The notes: generated by a model from the letters alone, not told the origin. A stretch of 64,000 bases of DNA from Candidatus Thioglobus plumae (GCA_910595815.1 CAJVCM010000015.1:38551-102550); one strand, 5' to 3'; shown: positions 10,833 to 19,005, counted from the first letter of the stretch. Program-made: numbers and translations.

Positions 10833-11780
10833 ATGAAGCTTGCTGTACTCATGGATGATATTGCTAATATCAGCCCCAAAAAAGATTCTTCACTAGCCAT
10901 GATGCTAGAGGCAACCCGACGCGGTTGGGAAATCTACACATTCGATACAACCGATTTGTTTGCTGAGCAAGGCAAAATACTCGCTTATGCATCAAAAACC
11001 ACGGTGGCTGATCACCCAGATAATTGGTTTGAAAAGCAGTCAAGTCAAACAATTGAACTAAGTAAATTTGATGTCATCTTAATGCGCAAAGATCCGCCGT
11101 TTAACATGGATTATATTTACGCCACTTACCTACTTGAACAGGCAGAAAATAATGGTGTTTTAGTTGTCAACAAACCACAATCCCTACGCGATGCCAATGA
11201 AAAACTGTTTGCCCTCAACTTTGCACACTGCATGCCGTCAACACTGATTAGCACTCAGATAGATCAAATTAAATCTTTCATTAAAGCGGAAAAAATCGTT
11301 GTGGTTAAACCACTAGATGGTATGGGTGGTAACGATATTTTTAAACTGACCGATGGCGATAGCAATATTGATGAGGTGCTTGATTACTTAACCCACCAAG
11401 GCACGCGTCAAATTTTGACTCAAGCGTTTTTATCCGACATTGTTAAGGGCGATAAACGCATTCTCTTAATCAACGGAAAACCCATTGATTATGCCTTGGC
11501 ACGTATGCCAGCCGAAGGTAGCTTTAAAGGCAATTTAGCCGCCGGTGCAACCGGTGTTGGCCAGCCTTTGAGTGATAGAGATTACTATTTATGTGAACAA
11601 ATTGGTCCTACCTTAAAAGACAAGGGCCTTATGTTTGTTGGGCTTGATGTGATTGGAGACTACATCACTGAAATCAATGTCACTAGTCCTACTTGTATTC
11701 GCGAGCTTGATGCGCAATTTAATCTCAACATTGCTGGTGTATTATTCGATGCTATTGAGCAACAAATAAATACCGAGTAA
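10833..11780 (+). CDS. gshB: glutathione synthetase
   Basis: ATP-grasp enzyme, 315 aa. N-terminus and KDSSLAMMLEA match GshB. Confidence 0.95.
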   Translation: MKLAVLMDDIANISPKKDSSLAMMLEATRRGWEIYTFDTTDLFAEQGKILAYASKTTVADHPDNWFEKQSSQTIELSKFDVILMRKDPPFNMDYIYATYLLEQAENNGVLVVNKPQSLRDANEKLFALNFAHCMPSTLISTQIDQIKSFIKAEKIVVVKPLDGMGGNDIFKLTDGDSNIDEVLDYLTHQGTRQILTQAFLSDIVKGDKRILLINGKPIDYALARMPAEGSFKGNLAAGATGVGQPLSDRDYYLCEQIGPTLKDKGLMFVGLDVIGDYITEINVTSPTCIRELDAQFNLNIAGVLFDAIEQQINTE

Positions 11781-12147
11781 GCGCCACACCAGCTCCCGCT
11801 GCTGATAACGACAACAGAACGTTCAATAAAATATTAACACTGGCTTGTCCATAGTGCCCTAAGCTAATCATCTCTACCGACTCCCAAGACAAGGTTGACA
11901 TCGTGGTTAAAGAGCCGGTAAGACCAATCAACAGTAATAAACGATAAGCCTCGTGCAGTGCGGCTTTTTCTAAAATAATCACCACCAACACGCCCGCCAA
12001 AAATGAACCAATAATATTCGCACTTAAGGTGCCGTAAGGAAAAGCTGGGCCAAACGTTGTATTCATAAATTGGGTTAAGTAATAACGCATACTTGCGCCA
12101 ATGGTTGCGCCAACGCCAATCGCCAGTACGGTGGGTAAAAAGGTCAT
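11752..12147 (-). CDS. crcB: fluoride channel CrcB/FluC
   Basis: 131 aa, four TM segments, GA(T/S)xRY-type N-terminus. 4-nt overlap with upstream rarA. Confidence 0.85.
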   Translation of the reverse strand: MTFLPTVLAIGVGATIGASMRYYLTQFMNTTFGPAFPYGTLSANIIGSFLAGVLVVIILEKAALHEAYRLLLLIGLTGSLTTMSTLSWESVEMISLGHYGQASVNILLNVLLSLSAAGAGVALTRYLFVAQ

Positions 12148-13388
12148 TTTTTTTGCCTCAATGATTTAAGCTTTTCACTAATTTTAATCTCTAAACCCCG
12201 ATCCGTCGGCACATAATATTGTTGTTCACCCAACGCCTCAGGAAAATAAGTTTGCCCTTTAGCGATACCGCCCACCTCATCATGCGCATATCGATAACCT
12301 TCACCATAGCCCAAATCACTCATCAATGCGGTTGGGGCGTTACATAAGTGCTTAGGCACCTCCAAATCAGCGGTTGCTTTTGCCTCACTCATTGCCTGAT
12401 TGAAGGCTTTATAAAGGGCGTTAGATTTAGGTGCTACTGCACAGTACGTAGCCGCTTGAGCAATAGCACGATTGCCTTCTTTATCGCCCAAACGCTCATA
12501 CACATCCCATGCGTTAAGGGTGATTTCTAATGCTCTTGGATCTGCATTGCCAATATCTTCTGAGGCGATGGCCAACAGTCGTCTGGCAATGGTTTTAGGA
12601 TCACAACCGCCCACCAGCATTCTGGACATCCAATAAAGCGCACCATCGGGCGAAGATCCTCGCACTGATTTATGAAAAGCGGAAAGTTGTTGATAAAAAA
12701 TATCGCCACCCTTATCAAAAACACTGATTTTATCTTGTAACAATTGTCCAACTGATTGCGCATCTAATACGGCTAATTTAGCCAAGGAAATTTGTTCAAC
12801 AATGTTAATCAAACGGCGTGCATCACCACTACTGGCATTGATAATTTGCATGCTTACTTCTTTATCGTTTAACTCAAGTTGTTCATGCGCTAAAGCCCGA
12901 TCTAGTATTTGAAATAACTCCTGCGCACTTAAAGGGTTAAGCACATACACACTCAAACGCGAGAGTAGAGCCCGATTAAGCTCGAACGATGGATTTTCAG
13001 TGGTGGCGCCAATTAGCGTAATAAGCCCTGACTCGATATGCGGTAAAAATCCGTCTTGCTGGGCTTTGTTAAAACGGTGTATTTCATCAACAAATAAAAG
13101 CGTCTTTTGCCCAATATTTTGAAATTTCTTGGCATTTTCAACCACGGCTCGTAGTTCTTTTACCCCGTCCAAAACCGCACTCATTTGTTCAAAATGACCA
13201 TCAACTTGGCTAGCAATAATACGCGCCAAAGTGGTTTTCCCTGTGCCTGATGGACCCCACAAGATCATTGAATGTAATTGCTGACGATCAATTGCCTGCT
13301 TAAGTGGATGGTTATCATTAAGCAAATGTGTCTGACCAAAAAAACCATCCAACGCTTGTGGTCTTAAATTTTCCGCTAGGGGTTTCAT
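12144..13388 (-). CDS. rarA: replication-associated recombination protein A (AAA+ ATPase)
   Basis: Walker A GPSGTGKTTLARIIA, FVDEIHRFNK, and the MgsA C-terminal domain, 414 aa. Confidence 0.92.
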   Translation of the reverse strand: MKPLAENLRPQALDGFFGQTHLLNDNHPLKQAIDRQQLHSMILWGPSGTGKTTLARIIASQVDGHFEQMSAVLDGVKELRAVVENAKKFQNIGQKTLLFVDEIHRFNKAQQDGFLPHIESGLITLIGATTENPSFELNRALLSRLSVYVLNPLSAQELFQILDRALAHEQLELNDKEVSMQIINASSGDARRLINIVEQISLAKLAVLDAQSVGQLLQDKISVFDKGGDIFYQQLSAFHKSVRGSSPDGALYWMSRMLVGGCDPKTIARRLLAIASEDIGNADPRALEITLNAWDVYERLGDKEGNRAIAQAATYCAVAPKSNALYKAFNQAMSEAKATADLEVPKHLCNAPTALMSDLGYGEGYRYAHDEVGGIAKGQTYFPEALGEQQYYVPTDRGLEIKISEKLKSLRQKK

Positions 13389-14329
13389 AGGTTTATTTTT
13401 ACCACTTTAAAATCTTGTTGTTGATTCAATATCAACACAACTGATAAATTAAGTCGCTTAGCCAGCTCAGTTGCTTTTTCACTGCCCATCGCCATCATTG
13501 CAGTCGCATAAGCATCGGCCATCATGGTTTGTTGGTTAAGCACACTCACCGAGGTTAAGTCAGTGTTGGCTGGCAAACCATTGCTCGGTGTCAAAATATG
13601 CATATAGCGCTCACCCTCCCAAACAAAATAATTGCGGTAATTACCCGAAGTGGCAATGGCTTGATTGTTTAAAACCATGGCGATCGGCTCAGCATTATTT
13701 GGCCGCTCGATGCCAAGCATCCAATGTTGATCATGCTGTTTACCGCTAGCAATCACCTCGCCACCAACTTCCACAAGGAAATTTTTAACTTGGTGCTTCT
13801 TGAATAGGCGCGCCACCTGATCAACACCAAAACCTTTGGCGATGGCTGATAAGTTAATATGAACATCTTTGGTCTTTTTCACTTGACCATTGTTTAATTG
13901 TAAATACCGAATAGATGACAATGGTAATAACTCATTCACTTTTATTCGACTTGGTTTTTGCACTACCTTAGTCACGCCAAAACCCCACACATCAATCAAA
14001 CGACCAATACCAGGATCAAAATAACCTTGGGTTTGTTGATAAACTTTTTTTGATTGATTTAAAACAAAAAACAACTCATTCGATACATCAATCCATTGAT
14101 CGGTTGGTTTAAGATTCAATAAGGACAACTCTGACTCTGGATCCCAAGTTGAAAAGGTTTTATTAACTTGATCCAGCACCTGTTCGATTTGCAATTTGGA
14201 AACACTTGAATCCGTAGTTTTGATCGTATAAGTGGTGCCCATGGTCGAGCCCGTGATTACCTGTGCTGGCTGATTACCACCACAAGCACTCAAGCCTAAA
14301 AAGATAGAGATTAATAAGGCTCTAAGCAT
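13385..14329 (-). CDS. apbE: FAD:protein FMN transferase (ApbE family lipoprotein)
   Basis: Lipobox GLSAC, MGTTYTI, and AKGFGVDQ motifs. Confidence 0.85.
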   Translation of the reverse strand: MLRALLISIFLGLSACGGNQPAQVITGSTMGTTYTIKTTDSSVSKLQIEQVLDQVNKTFSTWDPESELSLLNLKPTDQWIDVSNELFFVLNQSKKVYQQTQGYFDPGIGRLIDVWGFGVTKVVQKPSRIKVNELLPLSSIRYLQLNNGQVKKTKDVHINLSAIAKGFGVDQVARLFKKHQVKNFLVEVGGEVIASGKQHDQHWMLGIERPNNAEPIAMVLNNQAIATSGNYRNYFVWEGERYMHILTPSNGLPANTDLTSVSVLNQQTMMADAYATAMMAMGSEKATELAKRLNLSVVLILNQQQDFKVVKINL

Positions 14330-14331
14330 TA

Positions 14332-14337
14332 TATAAT
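14332..14337 (+). promoter_or_regulatory. -10 hexamer TATAAT 6 nt upstream of the mltB-like ATG (leaderless-type arrangement)
   Basis: TATAATtttgacATG. The whole divergent gap to apbE is only 14 nt. There is no SD. Confidence 0.4.
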
Positions 14338-14343
14338 TTTGAC

Positions 14344-15522
14344 ATGTTACGACTTATCTTTTGCTTGTTATTAATGACATCTGCATACGCAAATGATACC
14401 ACTGCGCATAGCTTTGAATCGTTCTTAGCTGATATCCGCACCCAAGCTAGCAGCCAGGGCGTATCAGCTATCACACTCGATCAAGCCTTTTACGGATTAA
14501 CTCCCAACCCTAAAGTGATTAAGTTTGATCGATCGCAAGCAGAATTTAGCCAAAATTTTTGGCGCTATCTAGGATCAAGAGTTAGCCCTTACCGACTTAA
14601 AAATGGTAAAAAATTACTGCAAGAACATCAAGCCACCTTTCAGCACAATTATCAAAAATATGGGGTGCCTCCACATATTATTGTTGCCTTTTGGGGTTTA
14701 GAAACCAACTATGGTAGCAATACAGGTAACTTAAATTTGGTCCGATCTCTAGCCACTTTGAGTTTCGATGAAAGACGTTCCGATTTTTTTACCACGCAAT
14801 TACTTGCGTTACTCAAACTCATCGATGACAATAAAATCCCGCCAGATGCTCAGGGCTCGTGGGCGGGGGCGATGGGCAACGTCCAGTTTATGCCAACCAA
14901 TGTTGTCGCCTATGGTGTTGATGCCGATGGTGACGGCGAGATCGGATTATGGGATAACAAGGCTGATATTTTTGCCAGTGCTGCTAACTTTTTACAAAAA
15001 ATTGGCTGGCACCGAGGTGAGCGCTGGGGGCGTGAAGTCACTATTCCATCGAATTTCGATTACCAACTGGCCAATCTCAGTACCAAAAAATCCGTGAACG
15101 AATGGCAAGCGCTTGGCGTACGTACAGCAACTGACAAAGACTTGCCTGATTCTACTATGGCCGCATCATTAGTACTACCGATGGGCTATAATGGCCCGGC
15201 TTTTTTGGCCTATCGTAATTTTCGTGCCATCTTAAGGTGGAATAATTCAATTCTCTACGCTTTATCTGTGGGTCATTTATCTGACCGTCTTTCTGGCACG
15301 AGTAGATTAACTGCCAAGCCAATTACTGAACCTTCTTTAAGTCGTGATGATATTAAATTTATCCAAACTTCATTCAACCAGTTAGGGCTTGATACTGGCG
15401 AGCCTGATGGAATCTCAGGCCCAAAAACCCGAGGTGCCGCACGTCAATATCAACGTATCAACAGCTTACCCATTGATGGCTATGTTGGCTATCAATTGTT
15501 ACAACAATTACAAACCCTGTGA
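14344..15522 (+). CDS. mltB: lytic murein transglycosylase (MltB/SLT_2 family) with a C-terminal peptidoglycan-binding domain
   Basis: Signal peptide, then FWGLETNYG and MGNVQFMP motifs. The C-terminal segment GEPDGISGPKTRGAARQYQ looks like a PG_binding_1 domain. Confidence 0.85.
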   Translation: MLRLIFCLLLMTSAYANDTTAHSFESFLADIRTQASSQGVSAITLDQAFYGLTPNPKVIKFDRSQAEFSQNFWRYLGSRVSPYRLKNGKKLLQEHQATFQHNYQKYGVPPHIIVAFWGLETNYGSNTGNLNLVRSLATLSFDERRSDFFTTQLLALLKLIDDNKIPPDAQGSWAGAMGNVQFMPTNVVAYGVDADGDGEIGLWDNKADIFASAANFLQKIGWHRGERWGREVTIPSNFDYQLANLSTKKSVNEWQALGVRTATDKDLPDSTMAASLVLPMGYNGPAFLAYRNFRAILRWNNSILYALSVGHLSDRLSGTSRLTAKPITEPSLSRDDIKFIQTSFNQLGLDTGEPDGISGPKTRGAARQYQRINSLPIDGYVGYQLLQQLQTL

Positions 15523-15947
15523 GTGTTAAAACTTACTTAGGTTTTGATGTTGGCACTAAACGTACCGGTGTTGCTATTGCCAATAGTTTAACCCTACAAG
15601 CCAGCGGCATTGAAGTGGTAACCCATCACAAAAATGGCTCAACTAATTGGTCGGATTTTGATCAAATTATTAAAATACATCCTGCAGATTTACTGATTGT
15701 CGGACTACCCCTTGACCAAGATGGCAAAGAACAAGAAATGACCTTTATTGCCAAATCATTTGCCAGAAAACTTGAGGCTCGCTACAACATCAAAACTGCA
15801 ATGATTGATGAGTATTTATCCTCATCTGATGCTAAAAACCAACTAAAATATAACCATTATCATCCAAACGCAGATCGTGGTGAAGTTGATAAACGCTCAG
15901 CACAATTAATATTGCAAACATGGTTAAATGAAAAAAGATTTGATTAG
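15519..15947 (+). CDS. ruvX: Holliday junction resolvase-like pre-16S rRNA nuclease RuvX/YqgF
   Basis: YLGFDVGTKRTGVAIA N-terminus, 142 aa, GTG start overlapping the mltB stop. Confidence 0.9.
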   Translation: MSVKTYLGFDVGTKRTGVAIANSLTLQASGIEVVTHHKNGSTNWSDFDQIIKIHPADLLIVGLPLDQDGKEQEMTFIAKSFARKLEARYNIKTAMIDEYLSSSDAKNQLKYNHYHPNADRGEVDKRSAQLILQTWLNEKRFD

Positions 15948-16890
15948 CAACGATATTCAACTTAGCCCCGAGGGCAAACTAGTCCATTTATTAGGTCTTG
16001 AAGGTCTTTCCAAAAAGCATTTAACCCACATTCTTAACATCGCTGACGGTCTAATTGACGATGCCGGTAATTTAAAAAAATCCAAAGCCCTTGATGACAT
16101 GAGTGTGGCCAACTTATTCTTTGAGCCATCCACTCGTACTCGAAATACCTTTGAGATTGCAGGCAAACGCACTAGCGCTAATATCATTAACGTTGACTTA
16201 GCCAACTCAGCCACCAAGAAAAATGAATCACTACTCGATACCATGCACACGCTTAAAGCCATGCAAATCGATATGTTTGTCATTCGCCACAATCAAAGTG
16301 GCTTACCACATCACGTGGCTGAAAATTTACAAGGAGTTGCTATTCTCAATGCAGGTGATGGTATTAATGCCCACCCAACTCAAGCATTACTGGATATGCT
16401 CACTATTCGCCAACATAAGCAAAGCTTTGAGGATTTATCAGTAGCCATTATCGGTGATATTGTCCATTCACGTGTAGCACACTCAGATATTCAAGCGCTA
16501 AAAACCTTAGGCACAAAGGATATCCGCCTGATTGCACCAACGGGTCTACAGTACGACTCCGAACAATGTGCTTCGGTTAAATGTATGGATGATATTCAAG
16601 CTGGGTTAAAAGATTGCGATGTGGTTATGGTGCTGCGCCTACAAAAAGAACGCATGCTAGAAGCTGACATCCCTAACGAACAAGAATACTTCGACAGCTA
16701 CGGACTAACAGCCGAGCGTCTAGCGCTGGCAAAACCAGACGCTCTTGTTATGCATCCAGGTCCGATCAACCGTGGTGTTGAAATCGACTCTTCTATTGCT
16801 GATGGAGATCAATCCGTTATCCTGCAACAAGTCACTAACGGTATTGCTGTGCGCATGGCAGTGATGGAAATCTTAGCGGGTAAATCCTAA
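15928..16890 (+). CDS. pyrB: aspartate carbamoyltransferase catalytic subunit
   Basis: FFEPSTRTR, HPTQ and HPGP motifs, 320 aa. No pyrI follows. Confidence 0.95.
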   Translation: MKKDLISNDIQLSPEGKLVHLLGLEGLSKKHLTHILNIADGLIDDAGNLKKSKALDDMSVANLFFEPSTRTRNTFEIAGKRTSANIINVDLANSATKKNESLLDTMHTLKAMQIDMFVIRHNQSGLPHHVAENLQGVAILNAGDGINAHPTQALLDMLTIRQHKQSFEDLSVAIIGDIVHSRVAHSDIQALKTLGTKDIRLIAPTGLQYDSEQCASVKCMDDIQAGLKDCDVVMVLRLQKERMLEADIPNEQEYFDSYGLTAERLALAKPDALVMHPGPINRGVEIDSSIADGDQSVILQQVTNGIAVRMAVMEILAGKS

Positions 16891-16892
16891 TC

Positions 16893-17450
16893 ATGGATAA
16901 TTTAATTGACTATGACGAAGTTAAAAGCGTCCTACACTACTTAAATACTGATGACACCATTGCCAGTGCGCATGGCATCTTGTGTGGTTTTGCCTGTGTC
17001 AAACCCGACCTTTCTCTAGATGATTGGCTTGGTGAGATCTTAGTAAGTATCGATCTTACTAATCTGAATGAAAAATCGGCCCATGAGCAGCTGGCACAAA
17101 TCTACAATAACACCTTATTACAATTGAGTGATGCCACACTAAATTTTCAACAGCTCATTGCAGACGAAGATTGTACACTCAGAGAGCAGGCTGACACCCT
17201 CATTCAGTGGTGCCAAGGGTTTTTAGTGGGGTTAGGACTACAAAAAATCTCAACCAATGACGAAGACGTGTTGGAGATGATTAAAGATTTTAGTGAAATA
17301 TCTAAACTCGATTCCGAAGTGCTCGATAACGAAGAAAATGCACAGGATCTAAGTGAAATTATCGAATTTGTGCGAATGGGTACACTACTTATCCAGGAAA
17401 CTCTACAGCCCTCTAAGCAAGACTATATTTCTCCAGAATTACTGCATTAA
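16893..17450 (+). CDS. ygfB: UPF0149 family protein (YgfB-like)
   Basis: 185 aa, acidic, with the SAHGILCGF and WCQGFLVG signatures of YgfB/UPF0149. Confidence 0.75.
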   Translation: MDNLIDYDEVKSVLHYLNTDDTIASAHGILCGFACVKPDLSLDDWLGEILVSIDLTNLNEKSAHEQLAQIYNNTLLQLSDATLNFQQLIADEDCTLREQADTLIQWCQGFLVGLGLQKISTNDEDVLEMIKDFSEISKLDSEVLDNEENAQDLSEIIEFVRMGTLLIQETLQPSKQDYISPELLH

Positions 17451-17525
17451 GTCTTGCTGCAGTAACTTTATGGCCTTATCTGGCCTTTATTAAGTATATT
17501 ATAAAATAACACTTTAATGATAGTG

Positions 17526-17553
17526 TTGCAAATCGCTAGCATGTTGTTATTAT
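17526..17553 (+). promoter_or_regulatory. sigma70-like promoter TTGCAA-N16-TATTAT, giving a leader of about 200 nt before the 127-aa ORF
   Basis: -35 at 17526-17531 and -10 at 17548-17553, read directly from the sequence. Confidence 0.4.
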
Positions 17554-17574
17554 GGTTTGCTAAAGCGCTTGAAT

Positions 17575-17673
17575 CTTGAGGAGGAGGTAGCCGCCTAACT
17601 AAACTTGAGGAGAATAAAAAAAACGACTACCTATTAGAAAATCATGAAATATATCTCGGGGGAGAGAATTATG
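17575..17673 (+). repeat. purine-rich CTYGRGGAG(AG)AAT motif, copies 1-3 (module A)
   Basis: Copies are CTTGAGGAGGAGG at 17575, CTTGAGGAGAATAA at 17604 and CTCGGGGGAGAGAATTATG at 17655. The flanking GTAGCCGCCTAAC and ACCTATTAGAAAATCATGAAA segments are paralogous to module B. Confidence 0.7.
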
Positions 17674-17721
17674 ATCTTCTAAATATCATTATACCATAAT
17701 ATAATCATTTTATAATATAGA

Positions 17722-17739
17722 TTGTAAATTTATTTACAA
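17722..17739. promoter_or_regulatory. palindrome TTGTAAA-TTTA-TTTACAA next to a TATAAT, 18 nt before the 127-aa ORF
   Basis: 7-nt perfect arms with a 4-nt spacer. A TATAAT lies at 17711-17716, 5 nt upstream. This could be an operator or a 5' hairpin. Confidence 0.4.
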
Positions 17740-17756
17740 ATAAAGGACTGACCAAC

Positions 17757-18140
17757 ATGGATAAAGGCGTTAAGCAGCACCCCAACAAAGGAATATTAGT
17801 ACTCCTAGCAACGCTATTCATGCTCTCTGGTAATGCATTTGCAAGAACACAAGTGATAGATGCCAATATAGATTCGGTTGAGCCAATTTATATGAATTAC
17901 AAAATTAAAAGAGTCATTAAGCCTTGTCAATCAATGGCGTCAGGTTGTTGGAATGTAAGTTATCAAAAGAGAGTTTTAAAATCACTCCAGGGCTATCGCG
18001 TCAAATTATCTTTTGAAGGTCAACAATTCACAGCTCGTATGCGTGCAGAGCCTAAGGGTGAGCGTTTAAAAATTAGAGTGAGTAAAGATTTACTTGGACT
18101 GCAAAGCAAGGTCGCAATGAACGCTACTATTGTTTATTAA
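17757..18140 (+). CDS. exported hypothetical protein (127 aa, signal peptide, two Cys)
   Basis: AAAGGA SD 10 nt upstream. Signal peptide ILVLLATLFMLSGNAFA. No family I recognise. Confidence 0.55.
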   Translation: MDKGVKQHPNKGILVLLATLFMLSGNAFARTQVIDANIDSVEPIYMNYKIKRVIKPCQSMASGCWNVSYQKRVLKSLQGYRVKLSFEGQQFTARMRAEPKGERLKIRVSKDLLGLQSKVAMNATIVY

Positions 18141-18388
18141 TGCTTGTCTAGACTCGCCACTTGTTGAGGTGCTTTAACAACTGTCATCGGCAACGCTTCA
18201 ACTACAAAATCATAACCCTTGTTACCATAGTTAAAAAAAGCACTATCTGCTTTTTGCATGTGCGTTCTTGGCGCAAGATCAAACATCGCTAACGGATTAA
18301 ATACACCATAAGGTTTTGAATCCTCGGCAGAAGCACCTGTTGCGACAAATAATAGTGTTAGTGCAATTGTATTAATCATTAGTTTCAT
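18137..18388 (-). CDS. exported small hypothetical protein (83 aa)
   Basis: Signal peptide MKLMINTIALTLLFVATGASA. Convergent with the 127-aa ORF and overlapping it by 4 nt. Confidence 0.5.
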   Translation of the reverse strand: MKLMINTIALTLLFVATGASAEDSKPYGVFNPLAMFDLAPRTHMQKADSAFFNYGNKGYDFVVEALPMTVVKAPQQVASLDKH

Positions 18389-18412
18389 TTTGTTTATCTC
18401 TTGGTTAATTAG

Positions 18413-18534
18413 TATGTTGCCGCCTTATACTCTTGAGGAGAGAATAATTCTTGGGGGAGAGCGACAACATGAAACCTATTATATCATGAAAGTATAATAT
18501 GTCAAGTTAATAATATAATGAAAGTATAATATAG
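18413..18534 (+). repeat. module B: paralogue of module A with motif copies 4-5 and a 15-nt direct repeat
   Basis: The start reads TATGTTGCCGCCTTATACT. Motif copies are CTTGAGGAGAGAATAA at 18432 and CTTGGGGGAGAGCGAC at 18450, followed by ACCTATTATATCATGAAA. ATGAAAGTATAATAT occurs twice, at 18486 and 18518. Confidence 0.7.
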
Positions 18535-18647
18535 TTTATCAGAGGATGTTTTAGTTAGTCCCAATATTAGCCAATAATGATAGTTATATCAACAATTTTA
18601 ATTATGTTAAGATTTAGCCTGAAGTAACAAAACAACTAATTTTTTAT

Positions 18648-18663
18648 CTTGAGGAGAGAATAA
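18648..18663 (+). repeat. motif copy 6, CTTGAGGAGAGAATAA, which serves as the SD region of the 50-aa ORF
   Basis: Identical 16-mer to copy 4. The ATG follows 2 nt later. Confidence 0.7.
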
Positions 18664-18665
18664 AT

Positions 18666-18818
18666 ATGATGAAGTATGATGGTCAAGAAATTGGCTCAAA
18701 AAAATGCGGTATTACACAGGTTTGCGTTGTTATGGCGATGTTAGCAGGTGCATTTTTAACACTGGTTATTATTTGGGGCATCATGGAATTTATGCCAGGG
18801 GTTCCAGCGGGCATATGA
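18666..18818 (+). CDS. small hydrophobic protein (50 aa, one TM helix), below the ORF-track length cutoff
   Basis: Sequence MMKYDGQEIGSKKCGITQVCVVMAMLAGAFLTLVIIWGIMEFMPGVPAGI. Strong GAGGAGAG SD, and a rho-independent terminator 20 nt downstream. Confidence 0.55.
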   Translation: MMKYDGQEIGSKKCGITQVCVVMAMLAGAFLTLVIIWGIMEFMPGVPAGI

Positions 18819-18836
18819 CCTTTTTCAACTTCTAAA

Positions 18837-18869
18837 TAAAAAAAAGCGCATCAAATGGTGCGCTTTTTT
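18837..18869. terminator. bidirectional rho-independent terminator
   Basis: AAAAAAAA-AGCGCA-tcaaatgg-TGCGCT-TTTTT. It serves the 50-aa ORF (+) and tRNA-Phe (-). Confidence 0.75.
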
Positions 18870-18884
18870 GTGGTCTATCAAATA

Positions 18885-18960
18885 TGGTGGCCACACCTAG
18901 AATTGAACTAGGGACACAGGGATTTTCAATCCCTTGCTCTACCAACTGAGCTATGTGGCC
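18885..18960 (-). tRNA. tRNA-Phe (anticodon GAA)
   Basis: The reverse complement is GGCCACATAGCTCAGTTGGTAGAGCAAGGGATTGAAAATCCCTGTGTCCCTAGTTCAATTCTAGGTGTGGCCACCA, a 76-nt cloverleaf. Confidence 0.92.
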
Positions 18961-19005
18961 TTAAAAGTCAGAATTATACCGAAAAATCGTATTAACAATG
19001 ACGAA

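Noticed and set aside
12144-12200. An expected fluoride riboswitch (crcB motif) upstream of crcB.
   Set aside because: crcB overlaps the end of rarA by 4 nt, so there is no leader in which a riboswitch could sit. No crcB-motif-like sequence was seen.
17722-17739. Reading the TGTAAA..TTTACA palindrome as a TyrR box or a GacA (TGTAAG-N6-CTTACA) upstream activating sequence.
   Set aside because: The spacer is 4 nt, not 6. It lies immediately upstream of a protein-coding ORF rather than at -70 of an sRNA. It is kept only as a generic palindrome.
17644-18627. Mini-ORFs in the islet leaders: MKYISGERIMIF*, MIF*, MKPIIS*, MKV* (twice) and MIVISTILIMLRFSLK*.
   Set aside because: They are too short to support as genes from sequence alone, and some have no SD. 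They are mentioned only as possible leader peptides under the repeat-motif finding.
17451-18884. An attachment-site direct repeat of the tRNA-Phe 3' end, an integrase, or IS remnants that would prove the islet is a mobile element.
   Set aside because: Reading both strands by eye, I found no copy of the tRNA 3' segment (GGTGTGGCCACCA or its complement) and no recombinase-like ORF. The island idea therefore stays a hypothesis.
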